Source: Octopus vulgaris
Lineage: Eukaryota
Direction of reading: 5' to 3'
Assembly (NCBI GenBank): GCA_951406725.2
Contig: OX597814.1
Location: 102,424,001-102,488,000 of the forward strand
Length of the DNA: 64,000 bases
Part shown: one piece after another, positions 1 through 12,836 of the stretch
How the letters are laid out: each line of letters starts with the position of its first letter
Numbering within the stretch: position 1 is the stretch's first letter
Program-made: the position numbers and the translations under genes
Notes under the pieces: generated by a model
The model's input: the letters and a program-made list of their open reading frames with translations, nothing else
What the model was told of the DNA's origin: nothing
Databases searched by the model: none

Positions 1-92
1 TACGCACTGGGGTTGATGTAATCAACTTAATCCGTTTGTCTGTCCTTGTTTGTCCCCTCTGTGTTTAGCCCCTTGTCGGTAGTAAAGAAATA
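1..92 (+). mobile_element. 3' end of SINE with Tx1-like tail (type A tail)
   Basis: ggttgatgtaatcaacttaatccgtttgtctgtccttgtttgtcccctctgtgtttagccccttgt...taaagaaata; same tail as the copies at 10725, 17762 and 24600. Confidence 0.75.
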
Positions 93-97
93 TATAT

Positions 98-139
<42 letters not shown>

Positions 140-142
<3 letters not shown>

Positions 143-513
143 GAGACCTATTGAGTCAAGTACATCAACATCAAAATAAATATCAAATGGAAATTGTAGT
201 TGTGATACCTGTGGCGATGGCATGTATAAAGCACCATCCGAACGTGGCTGATGCCAGCACCACCTTGACTGGCTTCTGTGTCGGTGGCACATAAAAAGCA
301 CCAACCGATCGTGGCCGTTGCCAGCCTCCGCTGGCACAAAAAGCAATCACTACACTCACGGAGTGGTTGGCATTAGGAAGAGCATCCAGCTGTAGGAACA
401 CTGCCAGATTAGACTTGAGTCTGGTGCAGCCTCCTGGCTTCTTCGACCCCATCGAACTGTCAAACCCATGCTAGCATGGAAAATAGACGTTAAATGATGA
501 TGATGATGATGAT
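140..513 (+). mobile_element. SINE with internal tandem units, GGAAGGGCATCCAGC domain and (GAT)n tail
   Basis: Homologous to 12131-12364, 12837-13430 and ~22800-23030; ends atggaaaatagacgttaaatgatgatgat. Confidence 0.75.
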
Positions 514-529
514 ATACATATACATACAT

Positions 530-574
<45 letters not shown>

Positions 575-3435
575 ATGGACAGACGAACAGATGGGTGGAA
601 TACAGATTCATCTGGACTTTGAAGAAAGGGAAAGAAATGAAAAGTAAGAGAGAACCGTGCAAATAAGAGAGATCAAAGAAAAAATTAGGGAGCTGTGAAA
701 AAGGAAGAAAGAAAGAAAAGGAAAATAGTATGAGTCAGCCAGTGTTAATGAAAATCAACTCAACCATTTTGTGTGCAGTTAAAAGAGTTTGAAATTTTTA
801 GTGACATGAATTATATCCTGTACTCATCATCTTTTAACATCTATCTTTCATGCATGTATGAGTAGGACGGGTGACAGGAACTGGCTAGGTAGAAAAACTA
901 CCCAAGGCTGCTGTGTCTGTTTTGACAGGGGTTTTATGGCTGGATGCCCTTCCTAATACCAACCACTTTGCAGAGTGGACTTAGTGCTTTTTACTTGGCA
1001 CTAGCACAGGCGAAGTTAGTTTTGGCATGATTTTTAAATATGAAGATTTGTCTTTTTTTTTTGTGTGGGTGTGAAACAATCTTCTTTTCTCTTAGTATGG
1101 TTGATTGAATTTGTCATGGTATGTTGAGGAAAAATAAGTTTTCTCTAAATCTATGGAGTTACTCCATGTAGTGTCAAGCACAAGGAAACTTAAATGAACC
1201 ATTCTCTTACAAGCTATGCACGTCTGAGGAGATTTGAAATTAATACCTTATGTTAGCAAAACATCAAATTATAGGATATTTTCCCAGTATAAAATGGTAA
1301 AGTGTGCTTCCTGGGGAACTTATGTGCAGCGAATGAACTGGACATTTTCAGAATTAAGTGCATTTCATTAAAACACATCTTACAGTTAATGGTATATGAC
1401 CAGAAGACTTTTTCAACTGCCCGTTCACTTGCAACTCTCCTTAGTGTCTTTATTTCATTTACCATTTTATTTATATATTTTAACAATCTCAGTGTAATGA
1501 TAAGTCAGAATAATACTCGAAGTGCTATTTAAATTTAGAGCATAAAAACATAAATCTAAATATATCACATTCTCAAAAAACGGAAAATTTACAGAAGGGT
1601 AGGCTTGCAATCTTTATTTCCGGAGTCATAACCTACAATGCTTAAAATTATATCGAACTCTAGAAATTACAGTTTTTTTTTTTTTTGTGCAATAGATCAT
1701 TTCCGACTATATTTTATAAGGAAGCCTTTTCGACTTACTGATATTGTTGTTGTTTTTGTATGTTACTTTTGTATTTGTCTTGACCAAGAAGGACAGTGTT
1801 AATGTAGTACTCTGGTGTATGTGTGTGTGGGGGGGGGGCGACAGTTTTTTCAAGAATCTCTGTTTAACAAAAGGTTGCAAGTCAACTGGACGGGGAGGAC
1901 AGTCTCTCAGTTTGCTAGAAATAGTCGACAAATCTCCCTTAAACTACTGCCTATGTATTTAGAGCGGAAAACACGCCACGTTATCTTTTTTACTCTTATT
2001 TTAAACAGCTTTCTGCCTTTGTGTGGGCAGTAGAAAAGAACAGCTAGCTAGATAAATATATATATATATATATATATTATACACACACACACACATATAT
2101 ATATACAGAGAGAGAGAGTGTGTGTGTGTGTGTGTGTGTGTGTAAGTATGGATGTTCGAGATAGTGTGTTTGAAAATCAATGTAAGGTTCACATGAAGCT
2201 GAGAGGGCGGCGGGAAATCAAAAAGGAAGTGTTTGTTTTCATAGCTTTTTATAACATTACTAAAACATGCCACCCCGGCTGGGCATCGGACAAAGCAACC
2301 ATTACCTGACTTTCTTCTTTGATTTATCACTTTGCATTTGCACTGTGGAAATTACTGAACCTTCACAGTTATATAATTTAAAAGTGACAGTTTATTCATG
2401 TAAAAACTTTCTGTAAATGTCAAGATGTTCAGGTCGGTGCAAAGTGGACCAGAGTTTATAAATGCGATATATATAGCATCAGCAAAATAAACAATACGCA
2501 TGTATAAAACTAAAACAATTTATGTGAGTTTGATAGATACTTCTTTAAAGTCTCGTGGGGAGAGGCAGGTTTGTTATGAGATAGATTAAGCCTAGATAAA
2601 CATGGTGTATAATTTATCAAAGCTAACCTTCAAAACTTATGTTAGCATGTGTTTCTACAAACTTGTAATCATCACGGTCCTTGTTTTCGTTGTTAGTGTT
2701 TAGCTGTAGGTCAGGCTTTAATTTGAGCAGCCCTAAAATCAAAGGCGTTCCAGACACGACTTTTTTTTTGTATAAGCATACACACACACACATTGCCTAC
2801 ATAAATATGTTCATGAATTACCTTTACAACTTCCACAATTTATTGTATTTACTAAAGTTGAAGTTCAATGAATTTCTTTGGAGCCCACTTGAAAGTGTTC
2901 TAATGTTTGTAATAAAACTTTGCCTATATTTTCCAATAAACTTTGCTGAGTTATTCTTATTTTTCATTTTTTTCCTCCCTGACATTTTCATATTATAAAT
3001 GTAATTTATCGACAACCTGTATGTGTGTGCTGTTTTGTCCTAGAGCAGTGACTTCTAAAGCACTTTTTCTGTGTCCCGCATTCCTTAGGAAATGTTTAAT
3101 TTTCGCACCCTACCACAGGCAAACGAGTTCTGTTGAACAGACATGAAAGTGTCTGTGGCTTACGTTTGGCTAAAATTACCAAAATTTTCAAACTTTAATT
3201 ACTAATAACTCTTTATTTATTGACTTATAGCGAAAATTATTTTCACGTCATTAATTAGCCTATAAAAGTGTATCATTACACTGAACGCTGAAGAAATATT
3301 TTCTTTGGTAAGAGAAAAGATAGAAGAGAGAGACAGAAAAGATACATGCAGTCCCTACAACATCCCTGAAGCAAAAGAACACATGAGAAAAAGCAAGATG
3401 TACAATGGTCACGTGTATATATATTATGTGTCTTA

Positions 3436-3725
3436 GTATATAAAACTGAGAATGTATGTCTGTCTGTCTGAATCCGTAAAACTCGAGGACTACCCTGCCA
3501 ATTTCATTCAAATTTTACACATGCCTTACTTAGGGTCATGCAGTGCCATGGGCTGAAAACATTTCAATTTCTTGCCTAATGCGAGCCTGGCACAATCTCT
3601 TATCTCTTACATTATTTCAGTATTACGTGTCAAAAGTTAAACAATAACATCTCTCTATTGTAATGCGAGATACTTTCAGTTTAATAGTTTCACTATTAAT
3701 ACTCAAACTATTGAAGTGAAACTAT
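3436..3725 (+). mobile_element. Helitron-like 5' fragment
   Basis: Starts tatataaaactgagaatgtatgtctgtctgtctg, resembling the 5' end of the complete Helitron at 12116 (minus strand). Confidence 0.45.
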
Positions 3726-4170
3726 CATCTCACATATAAACATGCATACATACATACATACATATATACACACATACATACATACAAACATACATACATA
3801 CATATATACATACATATATAATGTATAAATATATATATGTATAATTCTGCACATATATGTATATATGTGTGTGTGTGTATACATATAGATGTATATATAG
3901 TATGTACACATATATATATATACACATATATACATGCATACATAAATATGTATATATATATACATATATATGTATATATATACATATATATAGGCGCCAC
4001 AGTGGACGTGTGATAAGAAACTTGCTTCCCAATCACATGGTTTCAGGTTCCGGTCAAATGTGTGACACTTTAGTCAAGTGTCTTCTATTATAGCCTCTTC
4101 TATTATACATACACACATACATACATACATATATGTACATATATACATACATACATATACACACACACAC

Positions 4171-4232
<62 letters not shown>

Positions 4233-4237
<5 letters not shown>

Positions 4238-4445
4238 ACCCAAACAAGAAAACACAGGAAAAAAACACAGCAACGCGAGGACGTGGAACAATTAAAGTAT
4301 TATTGACGCTCAGGAAAGAAGGGAAGGAGGGTTTAACGTTTCGAGCGGAGCTCTTCGTCGGAAACAAGGAGAAGGAAAGATCCCAAGAAGGGAAAACAGA
4401 GGAAAAAATATTTTTGCTGGTGGTGCTCAAGAGATCACATGTTGA
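4233..4445 (-). mobile_element. Short repeat in (TA)n carrying a hammerhead-ribozyme-like motif (Penelope-type terminal repeat or retrozyme-like)
   Basis: Minus strand 4365-4331 reads GUUU-CCGACGA-A-GAGC(UCC)GCUC-GAAA-CG-UU-AAAC; flanked by (TA)n and (CA)n. Confidence 0.5.
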
Positions 4446-4589
4446 TACTCACACACACACACACACACATATTTAGTTGCCAGTGTGGTTGTGTGGTAAG
4501 AAACTTGGTTCCAAACCACATGGTCTTGAGTTCAATCCCACTGTGTGGTATCTTGGTATGTGTCTTCTGCTACAGCCTCAGACCAACCA

Positions 4590-5868
4590 TCGGAAATTCA
4601 TGAATTTCCGATGTTGATGATTATAGAAATTAACGAACAATCATATGATCGAGTTGACAACTTTGCCGCTTCAAACGAAAGAATACCATAAAATAACTTC
4701 CCTTGGCACACACACACACACTCTCTCTCTCTCTAGGTAAAACTTCTGTATGAATTATGTTATTTCTTGCTGCGTGCATGCACAAAATTACAGTTCAAAT
4801 CCAATTGAAATTACCTTTTTCTGTTCTGTAATTCATGTTTGTGATGAGCATATTTAAAAACCTGATCATCCATATAGACTTAAAAGGAAGGTTTTCCCAG
4901 AAATCCCGTCCTGTACCTGTTGTTTCTAGCATGTCCGAGGTGACATTTGCGCATCCTCCCCCCACCATATTTTTCCTAAATTTCTTCCAATTCTTATATT
5001 TTCGATACAGATTAGGATTTCGCCCAAAAAACACTTCTCGGTATTTTAATCTTCTTCCGCCGCACCCCAATTACTTCATTTTTTAAACTTTTTTTCCAAA
5101 TTTTTTTTCTTGGTAATCCACAGAGAGAAAAAAAACCAAACAGAGAGTACGAATCTTTAAGAATTTTCTTCCTTTTTTTCTTAAAGAAACACTAAAATCT
5201 CCTCAAATACCCACCCATCACCTCACCACTTTCAAAATGCTACAAACTCCCAATGTTTCACTTTTAGCTTTTTGGAAAGCGGGAGAGTTTCTTCAGAAAT
5301 AATGTCGTTTACCTGTTGTTTCTAGCATGTTGGGTTTTCTGGTGGTGGTCTGATATTTTTTACGTCTGCTATTTTAGTACAATTCTACGCTTGCGTGAAG
5401 CATCAGACAAAAGTGAAACATTGGGAGGTTTTAACTTTTTGAAAGTGGTGGGTGGGTGAGGTGGGGGAAGGAGGAATCGTGTGTTTCTTTAAGAAAAATT
5501 AAACGTTGTGGATAAAAAAAATAATAAATTCGTAAACAAGTTTCAAATTAAGAAATTGCAGTGTGGACGGTGGGGGGGAAATTAAACTTTCGAAAACGTG
5601 ATTTCTGGGCAAAATCGTTTTAACCCGCTTTTATACGATGAAACAATACATAGTTTGTGATCCTTCTTAAGAACAGAAAGCACGTTCATGCAAACCCATG
5701 CAAATTGTAGCCTTCCCCTTCACTTTTAAACAAACAATAACTTCCGTTACGCCAGTAATCCAGTTCACTATATATCAGGTGTGTCGATTCTGCCCATTAG
5801 AAAGGAATAAATAATACAATGTAAGTATAGGTCCCTAACACCTTGGCAACGCCGGGATGTATTGCTAG
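4590..5868 (+). mobile_element. Helitron-like element with 3' hairpin and CTAG end; internal inverted repeats
   Basis: Ends ccttggcaacgccgggatgtattgCTAG|t, matching the 3' end of the 11602 Helitron. The 5' boundary is uncertain. Confidence 0.6.
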
Positions 5869-5873
5869 TGAGT

Positions 5874-5916
<43 letters not shown>

Positions 5917-6095
5917 CAACAGCCAGCTTAGACCATTTGCGATACAACTTCATACACTAAACACTAGAAAATCTAATGTAAAACCAGTCAAGTATATTCC
6001 TGTTTTAAAATATAAATTCTTATTAATTCTACAATATTCTCTGCATTTGCAACTTCATTTCTTCTATTCCTCCACTTATTTGGATTAATAATAAT

Positions 6096-6207
<112 letters not shown>

Positions 6208-6293
6208 TTCGTCATATTCCTTTAATATACGATGCCTTACACCTGTTACACATTTTCGTTTCCATTTTTCCCACCGGGTGCGGATCTAGATAT

Positions 6294-6375
<82 letters not shown>

Positions 6376-6609
6376 TATATGGTGGGGTTTGCTGTTAATA
6401 AATACTATAGGGGGCCTTTAATGCTGCTAAGACGGCCCTGCTCTAACGTTCATGTTTTTCCTCGAGATTATTATCTATGTAAGTAAAGATGATCGTTCTA
6501 TTTTGCTCTAGAAAAAGTTTTAGTGAAGTTATCTCAAAGTTTAATTCTCTAAGAACATTTTTTTCCAACTAGCAGGGAATTTTGTAGATTAATTCTGTCT
6601 ATCTTTCTT

Positions 6610-6651
<42 letters not shown>

Positions 6652-8149
6652 CCTTGGTGATGATAATGATAAGTTTGGGGTTGATAATGACAACAACTAC
6701 AAAACAATTTCTTTTTTATATAAATTCAATTCTGATATAATCGGAATCTTCACCATCTGAAAGGTATTTGCCAAACCTTTCATTAAAAACGTCGATTTTT
6801 CTGAAAGTTATGAAGAAACAAAGTCGATAGGGCCTACACACATATTTTGCTATCCCATTGTGCTGCTGGCTATTTACATTTCAGCATCTTAGCTCCAGAA
6901 AATATTCTGATTAAGTTGTTCAATTTCTATGTTTGAAGTCCGAATTTTGTTTTCATTTCAAATTGGCTATCGGCTGTATATTTTCCCGTGTTTGGTGATA
7001 GTAATTTTCTATTCATATTTGCCCATGGCTGTTGTGTACCTGTTTGAATAGATTGTGGAAGATGATTAAAAACAAGTTGAAGGAATGGAATTGTTGATGC
7101 TTGAAGTATATGTGCTGCTTCGTGTGTTTTTGTCTTTATTTTATGTTAATAAACTTGGAGTTTATGTTGCTACCACATATACATGATATATGTGTATAAT
7201 ATATGGATATAGAAACACATGTTTACATATATATATATGCGTGTATATATATATAAATGTATATATCTGTTTATATGTGTGTGTATATATGTACATATTT
7301 GTGTATGCGTGCGAACAGGTTTAAAGTATTTTTCATCTTTCATCCTGTATATTTCTAGAAGGCCGATTCCAAATAAAAGTGTGTGTGTGTGTGTGTGCGT
7401 GTGTATATATATATATGTATGTAGGTATGTATGTATGCATGTATGTATGCTTGTATGTGTGTCTATATAAATAAATGTGTGTGTGTATATATATATGTAT
7501 GTATGAATATATGTTCATACATATTTATGTGTAATTATATTTATTTTAGCTCGTATCATAGTAAAATAAAACAAATATGAAAAGTTAGATATAACTAAAA
7601 TAAACTGTCTAAAACCCAAACTAAATCTACCTTTCGGCATATCCAATTACTATACGTAAACGTAAAGTTTTAAGGAACATTAAACATATATCTCCAGCAA
7701 TATTACAAACTGGTTATAAACAAGGCAATGAACTGGCAGAATCTTTAGCACGTCAGTTAGCGGCATTTCGTCCGTCTTTAGTTTCTAAGTTCAAACTCCA
7801 CTGAGGTCGATGAACTAAGTACCAATTGAGCACTGATAGCTCTGTGCCAAAATTTGAAATCAATATAACGTATTGCTTAATTCTACTTGAAATAATTGAA
7901 TCCAGGAAAAATGTTATTGGATAAAAACTTCCATCAATTGTGTGTTACTGAAGAAAAACCATAAGTGAGTGTTGCTGGACGGAAGTACTAAAAGATCCGA
8001 CTATGATGGAGTTTCTTGGTGGCTTCGGCTGGAATATACCTCTTTAGTCATCGACATTAAAAATACTGAATATACGTGTGTCTAGATACTGTGTAAGGTG
8101 TTTTCAAGCCGTTATGCATTGTCAGTAAATAACTGGCTTAAATGTTTTG

Positions 8150-8947
8150 GGATCTTTTCCTTTTGAACGGCACTTCTCAACACAATTTCTAGTTAACTAA
8201 ACACTTTTAAACTTCGTATACTGGTAGAATGTGTTTATAAAACATCATTTTTTTCTTGGCTTTATTGAGAAAATTCTATATGTTGTAAGATATTTCGTCT
8301 TTAATTTCGAGCATTTCGGCAATTTTAACCAATCGCTGACGTCCATTTAGGTAAATAACATTCTGTGCATAATGAATATGTCCCTCCTTTAAGAAACAGA
8401 TTGGGTTTATTTACATTTGTGAAGAAAAAAGATACCCTTCCCCCACCCCTAACCCTAACTCTAACCCTATATCTAAAATAGATTGAAATGCAATAGATCG
8501 ATACTAGGGTTATAATTATGGGTGACAATTTCATACAACACCGCTACGGAAAATGGGATTTTTTTCTAGCAGTGTCAAATGAAAATGTCACTCATAATTA
8601 TGGCCCTGGTATCGATCTATTGCATTTCAATCTATTTTAGATTTAGGGTTAGGGGTTGGGGAAGGGTATCTTTTTTTCTTCACAAATAAACTCAATCTAT
8701 TTCTTAAAAGCGGGACATATTCATTATGCACAGAATGTTATTTACCTAAGTAGACATCAGCGATTGGTTAAAATTGCCAAAATGCTCGAAATTAAAGCCG
8801 AAATATCTTACAACCTATAGAATTTTCTCAATAAAGCCAAGAGAAAATTATGTTTTATAAACACATTCTACCAGTATACGAAGTTTAAAACTTTTTAGTT
8901 ACCTAGAAATTATGTTACAAAGTGTGCCGTTCAAAAGGAAAAGATCC
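8150..8947. mobile_element. Foldback (palindromic) MITE, Merlin-like (GG termini, 8-bp TSD)
   Basis: TIR GGATCTTTTCCTTTTGAACGGCA / TGCCGTTCAAAAGGAAAAGATCC. TSD ATGTTTTG at 8142-8149 and 8948-8955. Arms are complementary all the way to the centre at ~8555. Confidence 0.88.
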
Positions 8948-9024
8948 ATGTTTTGTTTCATTGTCTTTAAGAAATTGAATAAAAGGGGTTTTTTTCCTAC
9001 GTATGTGTAGTGCTATCATATATG

Positions 9025-9058
<34 letters not shown>

Positions 9059-9678
9059 GTGCACAAGTCATGTACCGTCATTTAATAACTGGTTTTAAAT
9101 ATTTCTTGTTTTATTACATTAAATGTGTATAGTGTGTGGGGTTTTTTTTCCGGACACCAAAATTGATTTGGAGTTATATTAACCACAAACCAAGAAAACA
9201 TCTCATGATGTTCTGGCGGATAACATATATTAATATAGGTCTTAACATTATGGTTCAACTTTCTTTTGTTGATTTTACTGCAAACAGCTTAACATATGTT
9301 ATTATTAGCATTTAAATCTAATTTCACACTATTGGAGATCCATTTTCTGAAGTGAAACATTAAAGATGATGAATGAACTCGCGGCGCAGTGAGATGATTC
9401 TTTAATCACCCAGCCAATTCTCACCGGATTTACACGTACGCACGCACACACGCGCACACACACGCGCACACACACACGTTTTATTTGACAACGACTTCAA
9501 AGTTTCATGTATGTGCCTTAAGCAAGATGTCAGTTTGAATAAACCGCTTTCTTGGTGAAACTGAGTTACTGTCAGCAAAATAATAAATATTAGATTCTAT
9601 ACTAGGACTGAATCTTTTATTTAGTCAATGTTCGTTGTTTTAGGAGAATAGATTTTTAACTGTGTGTGTATGTGTATT

Positions 9679-10522
9679 GGAGGTGCATTCGTGAAGTATC
9701 CGAATTTATTTTTTCCAGTCAAAACTAATGCCTTTGGGTGGGAGATGACACCACCCCTCCTGCACATGCGTAAAAATCTGCCGCTAATCTGCATCAGTTC
9801 CCGGCTGTTACACCAATTCTACAGACGTGTAGTATGTGCCCCGGTTTTCGTTTCACGCAAGATGGCCAATTGCATCAAGCTGAGATCATAAACCCATGTC
9901 TCATCCCCAGTAATGATGGTTTTTATGAAGTCTGGGTCATGGTTTGCACAGTCCAACATGTCCTGAGTGATTTCCATGCGGGGTTGCTTCTGGAGGTGAA
10001 TTCAGTTGACACTTTCGGCATTCACAAATCCTCCATTAAAATAGATGCACAGATCCTGTGCATATTCCCACATCATGAGCAATTTTTTGGATTGTTACAT
10101 GATGTTCTTCTATGACTGTTCAATGAATTTTCTTAGCACTTTGTTTCAGCTTGAGGATGGCCTGCCTAAGTGTGCCTCACTCTCCACAGGTGCAGCTATG
10201 TTTGAAGCAGTTGTACCACTCCTTGTTCTGAGATTTGCCGATGACATCACCACTAAAGGCCTGCAGAATCTTCTAGAAGAATTGAGCCTAAGTATCACCA
10301 AGCTCTTGGCAAAACTTGATGCAATATCCCTGCCTGATGTGTTCACGGAAAACGAAATGTCTGTGCTCTATGCATAATAACTGTGAACTGACATGGCCTA
10401 CCAACATGAATTTTCACACATACTCAAGTGAGTGGCATCACTTCCAACCCAAAGAATTTTGCCCGCATAGCATTAGTTTTGGTAGGAAAATATAAAGTCA
10501 CATACTTTTTGAATGCATCTCG
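9679..10522 (-). mobile_element. Deleted mariner element
   Basis: Degenerate TIRs (gaggtgcattcgtgaagtatccgaattta / taaagtcacatactttttgaatgcatctcg|TA). Minus-strand remnants CIKFCQELGDT (~10325-10290) and IITGDETWVY (~9920-9888). Confidence 0.8.
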
Positions 10523-10724
10523 TATGTATGTAGATATGTCCAAAATGTTTCAGAACCAAAACTATAATAAAACTGTACAAGTTAATTAATTTTATGCTGT
10601 AGGACGTTCAGTATTTCAGATGGTCATCCTGTATAAAAAAGTGGACATTCAAATGACAATGACAACTCTAAAACAAACATCTGAGTTACAATTCTGTGTG
10701 TATGTGTTTGTGTGTATACATATA

Positions 10725-10934
10725 TATTTCTTTATTGCCCACAAGGAACTAAACATAGAGGGGACAAACAAGGACAGACAAAGGGATTAATTCGATTACA
10801 TCGACCCCAGTGCGAAACTGGTACTTTATTTATCGACCCCGAAAGGATGAAAGGCAAAGTCGACCTCGGCGGGATTTGAACTCAGAACATATCGACAGAC
10901 GAAATACCACTAACGTTTCTGCCAGCTCACTGCC
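10725..10934 (-). mobile_element. SINE with type A (Tx1-like) tail and 18-bp TSD
   Basis: Head ggcagtgagctggcagaaacgttag; B-box-like gagttcaaatccc; central gtcgactttgcctttcatcctttcggggtcgat. TSD tttgtgtgtatacatata at 10707-10724 and 10935-10952. Confidence 0.85.
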
Positions 10935-11570
10935 TTTGTGTGTATACATATAGACTAATCTTGAGGCCTGTTCTGGAGTTTCCATAGTATACAGCCTCTA
11001 CTTCAGACAAGACAATCTAATGAAGAGTAAAAAAAACTTTTTGAGCTGAGATTGACTTTACCACTTTCATACTGCCAGTCAAATGATAAAATAAGTACCA
11101 GTGATGTACTGGAGTTAATTTTATCAATTGTTCTTTCCCATGCCCATCACCATTTATGGTCATGTAGAAGTTGTTACAAATATATCAGTTGTTTCACTGC
11201 TGTTCTTCCTTAAAAAAGTCTATTCACACATCTGCAGGCGTATTGTTAAATCTGATCTAAGGAGACCCTGGAAAATCATGTTTGAACTTACGATGTCCAA
11301 TTAGATTGTCCAACAGGTTATAATAACTGGTTATCTTGCCACTTAATATTTGTATTGATTGATAGTAAAAGGATTGCAGCTGAAATATTGAACACATTGT
11401 ATAATAGAGCAAGATGAACACTGTCACTGCAGTCACTGACAAGAATGATAGATACATTTTGACTTTGTTGAGGCTTGTCAGTGCTGTACATTTGCTTGTT
11501 ACTTGCTTCACTGAAAACTGTGCTTTAGTATTACATATATATATACATACATACATACATACATACACAC

Positions 11571-11601
<31 letters not shown>

Positions 11602-11602
<1 letters not shown>

Positions 11603-12116
11603 TAGCAGTATCGCCCGGCGTTGCTCGGGTTTGTAAGGGAAATAGCTATATAAGCATTTTTAGAGAGTTACTTCCCTTATAGATGCCAATTCGGGCTTTC
11701 TTAGCCATTTCTGTTTTGGTGTCTTCAAGCCATGAAGTCGTTGTTCTAAAAGAACGCTGGTCTCCTTGACAACACTTTACGACGTTGATTTCCTTACACT
11801 CCCTTCCCCACAGCTTCACGAGGGAGGGAAGAAGGGGGAGAAGCAAACAGGTGCAGGTGTGACCATGGACGCCAACTCCGCCGCCATCGACACACGAAAA
11901 ATTATGCATTAAAATGAAATAAAAAATGATGTTAAATTATTTTTAAAATCGTAGACTCATCGTAGACGCGCGCGCTAATACTCAGACGGGCTCGATATGA
12001 ATCACGACTATAAGATACCCGAATTTGGTTAAACTGCACCGCAAAATGTGGGAGTAGTTAGGAATCTAAATCGAAGGGGACAGACACTCACACAACTACA
12101 GTTTTATATATATAGA
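11602..12116 (-). mobile_element. Complete non-autonomous Helitron
   Basis: Minus strand begins TCtatatatataaaactg and ends acccgagcaacgccgggcgatactgCTAG with a subterminal hairpin; inserted at A|T in (AT)n with no TSD. Confidence 0.8.
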
Positions 12117-12360
12117 TATATATATATATATCGGTGGCACGTAAAAAGCACCATCCGATCGTGACCGTTTGCCAGACTCGGTGGCATGTAAAAAGCACCC
12201 ACTAAACTCTCAGAGTGGTTGGTGTTAGGAAGGGCATCCAGCCGTAGAAACACTGCCAGATCAGACTGGGCCTGGTGCAGCCTTCTGGCTTCCCAGACCC
12301 CAGTTGAACTGTCCAACCTATGCTAGCATGGGAAGCGGACGCTAAACGATGGTGATGATG

Positions 12361-12451
<91 letters not shown>

Positions 12452-12454
<3 letters not shown>

Positions 12455-12774
12455 AAGGCACATGGTTTAGTGGTTAGGGCATTCGGCTCACGATTGTAAG
12501 GTCGTGAGTTCGATTCCCGGCGACGTGTTGTGTCCTTGAGCAAGACACTTTATTTCACATTGCTCCAGTCCACTCAGTTGGCAAAAATGGTAGTACCTGT
12601 ATTTCAAAGGGCTGGCCTTGTCACACTTTGTGTCACGCTGAATCTTCCTGAGAATTACGTTAGGGGTACTCGTGTCTGTGGATTGCTCAGTCACTTGCAC
12701 GTTAATTTCATGAGCAGGCTGTTCCGTTGATCGTATCAGCTGGGACCCTCGTTATCGTAACCAACGGAGTGCTT

Positions 12775-12775
<1 letters not shown>
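12452..12775 (+). mobile_element. tRNA-derived SINE with CORE/V-like central domain
   Basis: A box tggtttagtgg, B box gagttcgattcc, then gtgtccttgagcaagacacttt. Paralogues at 13668-14030 and 26551-26865. Confidence 0.8.

Positions 12776-12836
<61 letters not shown>

Noticed and set aside
1253-1532. Opposing 76-77 aa ORFs in unique sequence
   Set aside because: No motifs and non-ATG starts; possible minus-strand splice sites exist but every frame is closed.
3708-4476. Overlapping 78-132 aa ORFs rich in Y/I/C/V/M/H/T
   Set aside because: Translations of (TA)/(CA)/(TACA) microsatellites, which lack stop codons. The same applies to similar ORFs throughout the window.
8447-8661. CCCTAA/TTAGGG repeats as a telomere fusion site
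   Set aside because: Only a few degenerate units, placed symmetrically inside a TSD-flanked foldback transposon.
12452-12530. tRNA-like sequence with A and B boxes
   Set aside because: It continues into a dispersed SINE body with no clean acceptor stem or poly-T terminator; it is a SINE head, not a tRNA gene.
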